Below the pieces are notes generated by a model. That model saw only the letters and a program-made list of their open reading frames with translations. It did no database searches and was not told the origin of the DNA. A DNA stretch of 64,000 bases from Chloroflexota bacterium (GTDB taxonomy: Bacteria > Chloroflexota > Dehalococcoidia > SM23-28-2 > RBG-16-64-32). The stretch lies in assembly GCA_022574655.1 (NCBI GenBank), contig JACZRQ010000001.1:6214-70213 (forward strand). Reading direction: 5' to 3'. Shown here in pieces: positions 31,720-41,495 of this stretch (the stretch's first letter is position 1; each line of letters begins with the position of its first letter). The translations under genes were made by a program, and so were the position numbers.

Positions 31720-33285
31720 GTGTCGGACAAAGTGAGCATCGAAATCATCCCGCAGATCCGTGAGGCCGTTCACGACCTCGTCGGATCGTACGTCAAGGGC
31801 AAGCGCTCCTGCCGCTACGCCGACATCCGCATCGAAGTCAGCGAGGGCAAGATGGCCGTCGCTGAGAACGGCATGGACAAGTTCAGCGGCGAGGACTACG
31901 GCTTCGAGTTCGGTGTGCGCGTGATCGCAGGCGAGCGCGTCGCCGCGCCGGGCTATTTCGGCGAGATCATCGGGGCAGCTGACCTCGGCCGACTCCAGGA
32001 CAACCTCCGTGAGGCGCTGGACCGCGCCTACGACCGTGCGATGGCGAACGCACGAGGGAAGGACAGCACGCGCAGCCGATTCACTGCGCTGGGTGACGCC
32101 CTGACGGACGTCACGCTGGCGCCGATCGACGTCCGCCAGGACACTACAGACGCGAAATACGAGATCGACCCGCGCGAAGTCCCCCTCGACGACGCTGTCG
32201 AGTACGTTCGAGACGTCTCGAAACGCGTCCAGGGGATCGACGACTCGGTGGCTTTCAACTTCATCTCGGCAAGCACGCAGCTAAGCCGGCAGCTCTTCGT
32301 CAGCTCCGAGGGCGCAAACATCCAGCAGTCCTGGGCGATCACCCAAGGTACCTGCTTCGTTATCGCCGCGACCGAGGAAGGCCATCAGGAGTTGTACGAC
32401 TTCACCGGTCACCTTCGCGGCTGGGAACAGATCATTCACGGCGCCGATGAAGAGTTCGTCAAGTTCCCCCACCTCATGGACTTCTCGCTCGAGCTGGCAC
32501 GAGATACGGTCACGCTTGCCGGTTGCGAGCAGCTCAAGGCGACGGACAAGGACGTGGTCGTCGTCACGGACCCACACTACAACGCGCTTCTTTGCCACGA
32601 GGTGATCGGCCACCCGACGGAGCTGGACCGCGCGCTCAAGTTCGAGACCGGATACGCCGGTCGCTCCTGGTTCCTGCGCAACCCCAAGGACAACCAGCTC
32701 GGCAAACGAGTCGGTTCCGACCTCGTCACGGCGTTCAGCGACCCGACGCTCGACTGCTTCGGTCACTACATGTACGACGACGAGGGCACCCCGGCGCGAC
32801 GTATCTATCACTTCGATAAAGGGATCTTCAACGGATTCACGAACAGCCGCCAGACGGCGGCCATCATGGACGCCGAGCCGAACGGCCACTACAAGGCGAC
32901 CGACGCCTCGTTCGTGCCGCTGATCCGCATGTCGAACACCGCCATCGCACCCGGCGACCGCGATCGCCACGACATCCTCAAGGAGGTCGACGACGGATAT
33001 TACGTCGTCGGGCACCGTATCCCGTCGATCGCCGAGTCGCGGGAGAACTTCCAGATCACGGCGATGAAGGTCTACGAGATCAAGAACGGCGAGATCGGCC
33101 AGCTATTCCGCGACGGTGGCCTGATGAGCGACAGCCGCGACTTCTTCATGAACATAGACGCCGTGGCAGACGACTTCCAGATGTTCGCTATCCCGAACTG
33201 CGGAAAGGGGCAGCCGATGCAGACGAAGCGCATGGGCAACGGCGGGCCGACGATGAGAAGCCGAGCGAGGTTGACGGGCGCGTAG
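31720..33285 (+). CDS. tldD: TldD family metalloprotease (catalytic subunit)
   Basis: HEVIGHPTELDR (HExxxH), YDDEG, RMSNT, CGKGQP. Confidence 0.9.
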   Translation: MSDKVSIEIIPQIREAVHDLVGSYVKGKRSCRYADIRIEVSEGKMAVAENGMDKFSGEDYGFEFGVRVIAGERVAAPGYFGEIIGAADLGRLQDNLREALDRAYDRAMANARGKDSTRSRFTALGDALTDVTLAPIDVRQDTTDAKYEIDPREVPLDDAVEYVRDVSKRVQGIDDSVAFNFISASTQLSRQLFVSSEGANIQQSWAITQGTCFVIAATEEGHQELYDFTGHLRGWEQIIHGADEEFVKFPHLMDFSLELARDTVTLAGCEQLKATDKDVVVVTDPHYNALLCHEVIGHPTELDRALKFETGYAGRSWFLRNPKDNQLGKRVGSDLVTAFSDPTLDCFGHYMYDDEGTPARRIYHFDKGIFNGFTNSRQTAAIMDAEPNGHYKATDASFVPLIRMSNTAIAPGDRDRHDILKEVDDGYYVVGHRIPSIAESRENFQITAMKVYEIKNGEIGQLFRDGGLMSDSRDFFMNIDAVADDFQMFAIPNCGKGQPMQTKRMGNGGPTMRSRARLTGA

Positions 33286-33298
33286 CCTCGGTTCGACC

Positions 33299-35368
33299 AT
33301 GAACAACCTCTGGAAGGACAGTGACGCAGGCAAGACCGAACTCGATCAGGTCGTATACTTGTCGAACCTGGTTGGCCGCGATCCGACGCTTGTGCAGCCT
33401 GGCGGCGGTAACACGTCGGTCAAGCTTGACGAAGGCGACCTGTTCGGTGCGTCCGCGAGCGCTCTCGTGGTCAAGGGCAGCGGCACGGACCTGCGGACGA
33501 TCACCGCGGAGGGGTTCACGCATCTCTACAGTGACCGGCTCGCCGCGCTGCAGAACTTCGACTCGATGACCGACGAGGGGATGATGGAGTTCATGCAGGC
33601 CTGCATGCTCTTCCCCGGCCGAGACCCGTTGCCGAGCGTTGAAACGCCGCTCCATGCACTTCTCCCCGCCAAATTCATCGCGCACACCCACGACATCGCC
33701 ACGCTTTCGCTGACCGATACACCCAGCCCACGACAGCACGTTGCGTCGGCGCTTGGATCCGCAGTTGCGTTCCTTGAGTACGTGCGTCCGGGCTTCCCGC
33801 TGGCGAAGCGGCTGGCCCAGCTCTATGCTGACGGCCCGCCTGCCACAACCACCGGGCTGGTCATGGAGAAGCACGGCCTCACAGTCTGGGGCGACACGGC
33901 AAGGGAGTGCTACGAGAACCTAGTTGCGATCATCGATAAGGCCGAGGCGTTCGTAGCGGAGCGCTCGGAGGGGAAGGAAGTTTTCGGCCCGCAGACCGCG
34001 CCGACGCTCGACATCACGACGCGGCGTAAGCACGCCTCTACTTTGCTGCCGATCGTGCGTGGCGAGCTTTCGCGTGCTACGGGAAGTGGGAACTGGCACC
34101 CGGTTCTCGTGTTCACGGACGCGCCCGAGAACCTTGAGGAGATCGCGGGCGAGACGTTTGCCGCCGCAGCAGCCAAGGGCGTGATGACGCCGGAGCACAT
34201 CCTCCGCGCCGGCGTTCGTCCACTCGTTTTAGACCTCGACCTCGACTCCGATCCGACGAAGCTCAAAGATGACGTCCACAAGTCGGTCGCTTCGTTTTAC
34301 GGCGACTACATCGACTACGCGAAGACACACGAACAGAACAACCCGATCCCCGACTTCTTGAAGACGGTGGTGATCCCCGGACTCGGTATCATCAGCGCCG
34401 GGCGAGATCGCAGAAGCGCCACTGTCGCAGCCGACTGCTACCGCGCGACGCTTGACGCTATGGCCGGCGCCGAGGCGGTCGAGTCGTTCGAGTTTCTCTC
34501 GGACGCTGACGCCTGCGAGATGGAGTATTGGCCACTAGAACGGCGCAAGATCGAAGAGAAGGCGAAGTCTAGGCCCGAACTCGACGGTAAGGTCGCGGTA
34601 ATCGTCGGAGCCGCCAACGGCATCGGCCGAGCGACGGCGTTTCGATTCGCCGCCGAAGGGGCTCACGTGGCTCTCGGCGACATCGACTTCGACGGCGTCA
34701 CAGAGGTCGCCAACCGCATCAACAGCGAATCCTCTGAACGCGCATACGCGGTTCGGATGGACGCGTCGGACCCGAACGAGATCTCGTCGTCGTTCCACGA
34801 GGCTGTGATGCGGTTCGGCGGAATCGACGTTCTGTTCTACTCGGCTGGAATCGCGCCGGGGATGCATTCCGTCGTCGACGTGCCGAACTCGGAGGTGGAG
34901 CGACAATCCGCCATCCACTTCGAGGGCGCGGTCGCCGCAACCCGCGAAGCGGCAAAGGTGATGCTCGCCCAGGGGACCGGCGGACGGCTGATCTACAACG
35001 CATCGAAGGCCGCATTCGCGCCCGGACCCGGGGCCGCGGCGTACGGGGCGGCCAAAGCGGCGCTCGTCCACTACGCACGCAACGTCGCTGTCGAGCTGGG
35101 GCGGCACGGCATCACCGCCAACTACATCAACGCCGACGCGGTCGACACACGCTTGTTCCGAGAGCGGCTCGCAGAGCGTGCGCAGGAGACGGGCAAGACT
35201 GAGGAAGAGATGCTGCAGTACTACGCCGAGCGCAGTGTGCTTGGCAAGGCGGTGATCCCGCCAGAAGCCGTGGCGGAGGCCGCGGTCTTCCTTGCGTCCG
35301 ACCGATCTGCGTACACGACCGGTTGCGCTATCACGGTCGGCGGCGGGCATGAGGCGTTCCCGCGATAA
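33299..35368 (+). CDS. bifunctional class II aldolase / short-chain dehydrogenase (rhamnulose-1-P aldolase-SDR family)
   Basis: GGGNTSVK, KGSG, SVETPLH, HTH, EYWPLE; GAANGIG, YGAAK. Confidence 0.88.
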   Translation: MNNLWKDSDAGKTELDQVVYLSNLVGRDPTLVQPGGGNTSVKLDEGDLFGASASALVVKGSGTDLRTITAEGFTHLYSDRLAALQNFDSMTDEGMMEFMQACMLFPGRDPLPSVETPLHALLPAKFIAHTHDIATLSLTDTPSPRQHVASALGSAVAFLEYVRPGFPLAKRLAQLYADGPPATTTGLVMEKHGLTVWGDTARECYENLVAIIDKAEAFVAERSEGKEVFGPQTAPTLDITTRRKHASTLLPIVRGELSRATGSGNWHPVLVFTDAPENLEEIAGETFAAAAAKGVMTPEHILRAGVRPLVLDLDLDSDPTKLKDDVHKSVASFYGDYIDYAKTHEQNNPIPDFLKTVVIPGLGIISAGRDRRSATVAADCYRATLDAMAGAEAVESFEFLSDADACEMEYWPLERRKIEEKAKSRPELDGKVAVIVGAANGIGRATAFRFAAEGAHVALGDIDFDGVTEVANRINSESSERAYAVRMDASDPNEISSSFHEAVMRFGGIDVLFYSAGIAPGMHSVVDVPNSEVERQSAIHFEGAVAATREAAKVMLAQGTGGRLIYNASKAAFAPGPGAAAYGAAKAALVHYARNVAVELGRHGITANYINADAVDTRLFRERLAERAQETGKTEEEMLQYYAERSVLGKAVIPPEAVAEAAVFLASDRSAYTTGCAITVGGGHEAFPR

Positions 35369-35401
35369 GATGCATTTGAACAGGAACGAAGGAGCCCCCG
35401 A

Positions 35402-36961
35402 GTGATCCCACTACAACACTTGCAGAAAGCGGCCGCTGACGGCCTCGCCTTCCTCCGTTCCCAGCAGGACATCGAAGAAGCGGAGGTCTTCGTATCGGCC
35501 AACGGCATCCTTCTCACGCGGCTGAACTACACGTCGCACATACCGTGCAACGGCGTCGAAGAGCCGAAGTCGGTCGTCAACTATGGCGTAGGCGTGCAAG
35601 TGGTGATCAAGGACTTGAACGGGTCAGGTCGTCGGATCGGCTTTGGATCAGAACCATCGGACATCAGCATCTCCGGTGTAAAATCGGCGCTCGATAAAGC
35701 GCGGAAAGGCGCATCCAACGATCCGGAGTTCGTGAGCCTTGCGCGGCCCACGGGGGAGAAGTCATCGATCCGGGGCTACCACGACCAAGCGATCATGGAC
35801 ATTACGGACCAAGACCTGGTGGACGCCGGCTGGGGCGTCATTGATGGCGCGTTACGAGTCTTCGAGACCTCGGAGACGCTGACGAGTATAGCCGGGAATC
35901 CGGATAATTTGAAGGAGCTAGGTCTTATCATCAGCGGCGACGTCAGCATTCTGCAAGAGCGCATGGCGATCGCCTCGACGACGATGCCGGAGGTGCAATC
36001 CGACGAGTCAACGATGGTGATGTCGTTCATCACGTCTATGGTCGAACGGGAGGACGCGAAAGGAAGCGGATACGGTGCTGCGACTGCCCTGAGCGGTTTC
36101 GATGAGGAGGCTGGCTGCGAGGCCGCGCGCAACGCGATCGCAGGCATCAGCGGCGTCCGGGTGCCAAGCGGCGAGTACAAGGTCGTCTTTGGACGCCAGG
36201 CGGTGATGGAGATCCTGCACTACATCCTGATGCCGGGGCTCAACACGAGCATGTTCTACGCCGCAGCCTCGCCGTTCATGGGCAAGCTGGGGCAACAGGT
36301 CGCATCGGAGAAGTTCAACCTTGTGGACGACGGCGGGGCTGCGGGGCTGGTCGGTTCCAAGTCGATCACCTGCGAAGGGCTGCCAACGGGGCGCACCGAG
36401 CTGATAAAGGACGGGCGGCTGGTCGGAATCCTCTCGAACCATTACGAGACCCAACGGCTGCTCGGCGACCCCGGCGCGAAGGAGAAGCTCGGCGTCGACC
36501 CGAAGGAGTGGGCTTCAGCGTTCGTGCCGCGCAACGGGTTCCGCTTCGCGCGTGGCGGCGGCCGTCACTTCGACGCGCAACCGGGCATCAACCCAACGAA
36601 CGTGATGGTACCCGGTGACATCGATTCGACCGAAGAGATATGCCGACTGGTCGGCGATGGGCTCTACATCGGCCGCATCTGGTACACGTATCCGGTCAAC
36701 GGCCTGCGCGCGGGCGACTTCACCGGCACTGTCGTTGCGGACTCTTATCTGATAAAGGACGGCAAGCTCGCGAAACCGATCAAAGCGAACACGCTGCGAA
36801 TCAACGAGAACATTCACCGCTTCCTCAACGGCGTGATCGGCGTCACGAAGGAAGGTAAGCCGACATTGGTATGGGCCGCCGATGAGATCGTCTACGCGCC
36901 TGAGATCGCCGTGGAGAACGTGCGGATCGACGCGATCGGCGAGTATATGGACACCATTTAG
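35402..36961 (+). CDS. pmbA: TldE/PmbA family protein (non-catalytic partner)
   Basis: TldD/PmbA-like layout (GEYKVVFG, TCEGLP, GLYIGRIWY, GDFTG) without HExxxH. Confidence 0.82.
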   Translation: MIPLQHLQKAAADGLAFLRSQQDIEEAEVFVSANGILLTRLNYTSHIPCNGVEEPKSVVNYGVGVQVVIKDLNGSGRRIGFGSEPSDISISGVKSALDKARKGASNDPEFVSLARPTGEKSSIRGYHDQAIMDITDQDLVDAGWGVIDGALRVFETSETLTSIAGNPDNLKELGLIISGDVSILQERMAIASTTMPEVQSDESTMVMSFITSMVEREDAKGSGYGAATALSGFDEEAGCEAARNAIAGISGVRVPSGEYKVVFGRQAVMEILHYILMPGLNTSMFYAAASPFMGKLGQQVASEKFNLVDDGGAAGLVGSKSITCEGLPTGRTELIKDGRLVGILSNHYETQRLLGDPGAKEKLGVDPKEWASAFVPRNGFRFARGGGRHFDAQPGINPTNVMVPGDIDSTEEICRLVGDGLYIGRIWYTYPVNGLRAGDFTGTVVADSYLIKDGKLAKPIKANTLRINENIHRFLNGVIGVTKEGKPTLVWAADEIVYAPEIAVENVRIDAIGEYMDTI

Positions 36962-36987
36962 CGTTAGACGACGTATAAGAGACTGAA

Positions 36988-37455
36988 ATGCTTACACGGC
37001 TGCTACCCATCGCTATCATGGCTTCGCTGCTGCTTGCCGCCTGCGGCGGTTCCAGCGGGCCGCAGGCCACGCCCCAACCGGTCGGGCGTGGCCCCGCCCT
37101 ACAAACGTTCCTCGGTCAGGCGTACGAGAGCGGCTGGTTCGCGGAGGGAGACCCGATCGACGTGAAGATCGTCGGGACGTTCTACGAGCCGGCGGCGGCG
37201 CGCGCAGCAGAGCTTGGGCTGGGCCTCTACGCCACGGCGCCAGGCACGCCACCGTACTCCGACGGTCTTCCGGGATTCCTGATAACGGCGATCGGCGATT
37301 TCTTCGACTACGACGGCGAAGGCCGCCCACCGGCTGACACGCCGCGACGCCCGGCCGTTGCCGCCGGTTATGTCGACACGCTCGGACGGTTCACGTGGGT
37401 GATGCGGTTCCTAGACTATGAGGAGGAGAGCGAAGGGCAGGCCGGCGGCGGCTAG
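36988..37455 (+). CDS. hypothetical lipoprotein
   Basis: Signal peptide with lipobox LLAACGG. Confidence 0.7.
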   Translation: MLTRLLPIAIMASLLLAACGGSSGPQATPQPVGRGPALQTFLGQAYESGWFAEGDPIDVKIVGTFYEPAAARAAELGLGLYATAPGTPPYSDGLPGFLITAIGDFFDYDGEGRPPADTPRRPAVAAGYVDTLGRFTWVMRFLDYEEESEGQAGGG

Positions 37456-38906
37456 ATGTCCGGCTGTGCTTCGGACTCCAGGCACAGATATTCGTTGATG
37501 GCCGCTCCGGCGCGCTTGGCGTCGGCTAGCGCGGTCACCACCAGGTCCGCTCCACGAACGTTGTCGCCGGCGGCGAAGACGCCGGAGCGGCTGGTCGTAC
37601 CGTCGCTGTTGACGGCGACGGTGCCCCACTCGGTCGCGCAAAGGCCGGGAGTTGTCTCGGTCAAGGTGGCGTCGACTTCGTAGCCGATAGCGACGACGAC
37701 GGTATCGGCCTCGATCTCGAACTCAGAACCGGCGATCGGCTCCGGGCGCCGGCGCCCAGACTCATCCTCATCGCCCAGTTGCATGCGCTGGAGCCGCACT
37801 GTACGGACCGACTCGTCGTCATCTCCCGACAGGATTTCGACGGGGTTGACGAGGAAGGCGAACTCGACGCCTTCCTCTTTTGCATGCCGGCGTTCCTCGA
37901 CACGGCCAATCATCTCGGACTCGTTTCGACGGTAAGCGCAGACGACTGTTTCGGCCCCGGTGCGGACCGCCGATCTGACGGAGTCCATCGCGGTATCACC
38001 ACCACCGATGACGACGACATGCTTACCAACTTCAAGCGGCTGCCTCATATGGGCCGGAAGCTCATCGGCTTCAAGATTCGTACGCACGAGAAACTCCGTT
38101 GCCGCGTAGACGCCTTCGAGCTGCTCGCCCGGGATTCCCATCCGCCTCGCTTTTCCGGCGCCGTGACCGAGAAAGATGGCATCGTAGCCGTCAGCGAAAA
38201 GTTGGTCAATCGGCACGTCCCGGCCGATGACCCGGTCGAACACAAACTGGACACCAAGGGAGTGGAGATAGTCGACCTGGTCGTCGATGTGGAGCTTGTC
38301 CATTTTGAAGGTAGGAATGCCGTATCGCAGGATGCCTCCTGGCCGCGGCCATGCCTCGAACACTTTCACACCGTGCCCACGCCTAGCGAGCGTCTCCGCC
38401 ACGGCCAGGCCCGCGGGTCCCGATCCGACGACAGCGACCCGTTTCCCCGTCGAAGGAGCCGATTCTGGAGCAGTCCTGCCACCGTGATCGCGCTCGTAGT
38501 CAGCCACAAACGCCTCGAGCCTACCGATGGCGACTGGAATCGCCTTCTTGCCGACGACGCAGCTACCTTCGCAGAGGCTCTCCTGGGGGCAGAGCCGCCC
38601 GCACATGTCCGGCGCCGGGTTCGTCTCGCGGAACACGGCCGCGGCGCCCAGCGCATCACCACTTTCGAGCTTGAGCAGCGCACCCGGTATGTCGTTGTCC
38701 ACCGGACAGGCCTTCTGACACGGCACGGCCGGACACTGGATGCAACGCATCGCTTCCAGTTTGGCGGTCTCGAGGTCGTAGCTTTCGTAAACCTCCAGCC
38801 AGTTGTGCACGCGCTGCTCCGGCCGCTGTTTTGGCGAGGGTTGGTACGGAATACGAAGCCGCGCCTTGCGGTCGATCGACTTCAGTTCGTTCGTATCTAT
38901 GACCAT
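37452..38906 (-). CDS. GltD-like NAD(P)-dependent Fe-S flavoprotein (SudA/NfnB/PreT family)
   Basis: RCIQCPAVPCQKACP, GRLCPQESLCE, GSGPAG, GGGDTAMD, GADLVVTA. Confidence 0.88.
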   Translation of the reverse strand: MVIDTNELKSIDRKARLRIPYQPSPKQRPEQRVHNWLEVYESYDLETAKLEAMRCIQCPAVPCQKACPVDNDIPGALLKLESGDALGAAAVFRETNPAPDMCGRLCPQESLCEGSCVVGKKAIPVAIGRLEAFVADYERDHGGRTAPESAPSTGKRVAVVGSGPAGLAVAETLARRGHGVKVFEAWPRPGGILRYGIPTFKMDKLHIDDQVDYLHSLGVQFVFDRVIGRDVPIDQLFADGYDAIFLGHGAGKARRMGIPGEQLEGVYAATEFLVRTNLEADELPAHMRQPLEVGKHVVVIGGGDTAMDSVRSAVRTGAETVVCAYRRNESEMIGRVEERRHAKEEGVEFAFLVNPVEILSGDDDESVRTVRLQRMQLGDEDESGRRRPEPIAGSEFEIEADTVVVAIGYEVDATLTETTPGLCATEWGTVAVNSDGTTSRSGVFAAGDNVRGADLVVTALADAKRAGAAINEYLCLESEAQPDI

Positions 38907-38998
38907 TCTGTTAGATATGACGACTCTGAGCCGGCGACTGATACCATCACAGGGCGGCAATTCTGGAGATACGACCGGCTAGCGTGAAGTTCGGGGGT

Positions 38999-39526
38999 TC
39001 AGTCGCTGTGAAGGCGTTTCTGGCGTTCGCGTTCCAGGCCGACTTGCTCGGCCGAGCGGCCGTAGATGTGCGGGACGTCCCACCCCTGGAGACCGGCGTA
39101 GGTATCAATCTGTGACCTATGGTGCACTTCGTGCTCAAGGCACATCATTAAGATCCGCCAACCGGACAGCGCCCGGTCGCTATCGATCATCTGGATCTTA
39201 CGAGTGAGCCAGTCGGAAGGAGTGCCGCTCAAACGCTCGACCACGAGGTTCGCGGACTGCTCCAAGCAGAGTACCCAGTCCTCCTGAGCCTCAGCCTCGT
39301 GAAGATCGTCCGAGAAGAACCAACCCTCATCACGATACGCTCTCGTGAAGTAGAGGCGAGCCCCGGCGATGTGCCTAACGATCTCACCGATACCCCAGGC
39401 CTTCTCGCCCTCACCCGTCTCAGGGAAATACGCCACGGCCTCGGGCGGAAGCGCCGAAACGTCACGAACTGTGCGCCGGTGAGCGCCCTCGAAGTAGTTG
39501 ATGTACGCGCTGATGTCGGTGAACAC
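38999..39526 (-). CDS. DinB family protein
   Basis: IGEIVRHI...EHEVHHRSQI metal-binding His pattern; GTG start inferred. Confidence 0.82.
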   Translation of the reverse strand: MFTDISAYINYFEGAHRRTVRDVSALPPEAVAYFPETGEGEKAWGIGEIVRHIAGARLYFTRAYRDEGWFFSDDLHEAEAQEDWVLCLEQSANLVVERLSGTPSDWLTRKIQMIDSDRALSGWRILMMCLEHEVHHRSQIDTYAGLQGWDVPHIYGRSAEQVGLERERQKRLHSD

Positions 39527-39653
39527 TGTGCCTCTAATCTTACAGCTACCGACAGCCGCACGAGGTCGGAAGCTAGCCAAGTAGCTCAAGCGCTTGCCGA
39601 GGCTGTTAAGATGCGGTTTGACGGTCGGACCGCGACCGGATTAGACGAAAGAG

Positions 39654-39818
39654 ATGCTCACTACAACCGGGCGAATTTTACTCATCTTCCTGGGTGGCCT
39701 TGTCGGCGTCGGTATCGGCTCGGCCGTCGCCATAACGGGCGACTTCACGTTCGCGCCCGGGATCGGTGCTGTGATCGGCGGAGCGTTCGCCTACGCGCTT
39801 ACACGACTCTGGATCTAA
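39654..39818 (+). CDS. small Gly-rich two-helix membrane protein (54 aa)
   Basis: MLTTTGRILLIFLGGLVGVGIGSAVAITGDFTFAPGIGAVIGGAFAYALTRLWI*; fills the intergenic gap. Confidence 0.55.
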   Translation: MLTTTGRILLIFLGGLVGVGIGSAVAITGDFTFAPGIGAVIGGAFAYALTRLWI

Positions 39819-39845
39819 CGCTGGGCCGCAGTCTGCAATCTCAGC

Positions 39846-40724
39846 CTATGAATCGGGCACTTCCACAGGCGTCTCTTGCGCCCACTGAGTTTGCCGGAGG
39901 AGGCCCGTGCTGGGAGAGAACAAGAAAGCCAGCACGAACATCGCCGTTGCCGTCAACACGATCGACGCGCTTGCGGAGACGTCCGCATACCACGCCGCGT
40001 AGAGACCGATGACCGCTGAAGCGATCCCGAACACCGCTCCCAGACCCATCATCGCCGGAAGACGCCGTGTCAGGAGCTGCGCCGTGGCCGCTGGCGCGAC
40101 AAGCATCGCCAGGACGAGTACTATCCCCATCACCTGCAGAGCAATGACGACAGTGATCGCGATCAGGAACAGAAGACCGTACTGCGCCGCATTCACCGGT
40201 ATTCCAGACGCTGCCGCCATCGACGGATCGTAGGCGGTGAAGAGCAGTTCCTTGTAGAAGAGCGCCACGATGGTTAGCACGAACGCCCCGAGACCAGCGG
40301 TGATCCACACGTCTGTCCAACTAACGCTAAGCACGTTCCCAAAGACAAAGCTGAACAGGTCGACGACGTAGCCTTCTTCGCGACTGATGATCAGGATTCC
40401 CAAGGCGAAACCGGCGATGAACATGATGCCAATCGCTGTGTCGTAGCGAACTACTCCTCGTTTGCCAATGAATCCGATCGCGAAGGCAACAAGAATCGCT
40501 GCGACGGCGGCACCAAGCTGCAGATTCGCGCCGATGACGAAGGCGACGGCAACGCCTCCGAAGCTGGCGTGCGGTAGCGCATCACCGATGAAGGCCATCC
40601 CCTTGAGGATCATAAAGCTGCCAACCACGGCTGACACGACGCCGATGATGACGGCGACGATCAGTGCACGCTGCATGAACTCGAACGTCCATGGCTCTCG
40701 TAGCGTATCGATGATCTCGGTCAC
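39846..40724 (-). CDS. Zn/Mn ABC transporter permease
   Basis: FMQRAL, DALPHA, FGNVL, PAATA. Confidence 0.92.
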   Translation of the reverse strand: MTEIIDTLREPWTFEFMQRALIVAVIIGVVSAVVGSFMILKGMAFIGDALPHASFGGVAVAFVIGANLQLGAAVAAILVAFAIGFIGKRGVVRYDTAIGIMFIAGFALGILIISREEGYVVDLFSFVFGNVLSVSWTDVWITAGLGAFVLTIVALFYKELLFTAYDPSMAAASGIPVNAAQYGLLFLIAITVVIALQVMGIVLVLAMLVAPAATAQLLTRRLPAMMGLGAVFGIASAVIGLYAAWYADVSASASIVLTATAMFVLAFLFSPSTGLLRQTQWAQETPVEVPDS

Positions 40725-41491
40725 GGCCCCACCAGCGTCCGGTCACCGCCCGGCAGCACCAGCAAGTGACGCTGGAACGCCTCGGCCAAGAGATCGGCCG
40801 TGAACACGTCCTTGGGCCGTCCGAACGCCACCACTCGCTTGTTGAGCAGAACCGCGTGATCGAAGTCCGAGGCCACGCAGGACAGATCGTGCGTGGCGAC
40901 GAATAACGTACGGTCTTCCTTGCGAAGGTCTTCCAGCAGGCGCAGGAGATCGTGCTGGGCCGCGGCGTCAAGGCCCGCCAACGGCTCGTCGAGCAGGATC
41001 AGGTCCGCTTCCTGTGCCAGCGCCCGCGCGATCAGCACCCGCCGCTGCTGGCCACCGGACAGTTCACCGACTCGGCGACGGCGAAACTGCGCCAGGTTCA
41101 CGCGCTCGAGGGACCGAAGAGCGATGTCTCGATCCTCGCGCCCGGGTCTACGCACGAGCCCGATCTTCCCGTAGCGTCCCATCAACACGACATCCTCTAC
41201 CGTCACGGGAAAGCTCCAGTCGACCAGCTCCGACTGCGGTGCGTAGCCGATGGATGCGGCGCCGGCTTTCACACTGGCTCCGGAGACCTTCACGGCACCG
41301 CTCCACGGCTTCATCAGGCCCATGATCACCTTGATAAGAGTCGACTTGCCCGAGCCGTTCGGTCCGACGAGGCCCGCCAGGCATCCCTTCTCGACGGTGA
41401 ATGTCACATCATCAAGCGCCGCCTGGCCGTTGTAGCCCGCGCTCAGGTGGCTCACGTCGACGGCCGGAACCTGCGTTGCTTCGGAACTCAT
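40721..41491 (-). CDS. Zn/Mn ABC transporter ATP-binding protein
   Basis: GPNGSGKST, LSGGQQRRVLIARALAQ, LDEP. Confidence 0.92.
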   Translation of the reverse strand: MSSEATQVPAVDVSHLSAGYNGQAALDDVTFTVEKGCLAGLVGPNGSGKSTLIKVIMGLMKPWSGAVKVSGASVKAGAASIGYAPQSELVDWSFPVTVEDVVLMGRYGKIGLVRRPGREDRDIALRSLERVNLAQFRRRRVGELSGGQQRRVLIARALAQEADLILLDEPLAGLDAAAQHDLLRLLEDLRKEDRTLFVATHDLSCVASDFDHAVLLNKRVVAFGRPKDVFTADLLAEAFQRHLLVLPGGDRTLVGP

Positions 41492-41495
41492 CGAA

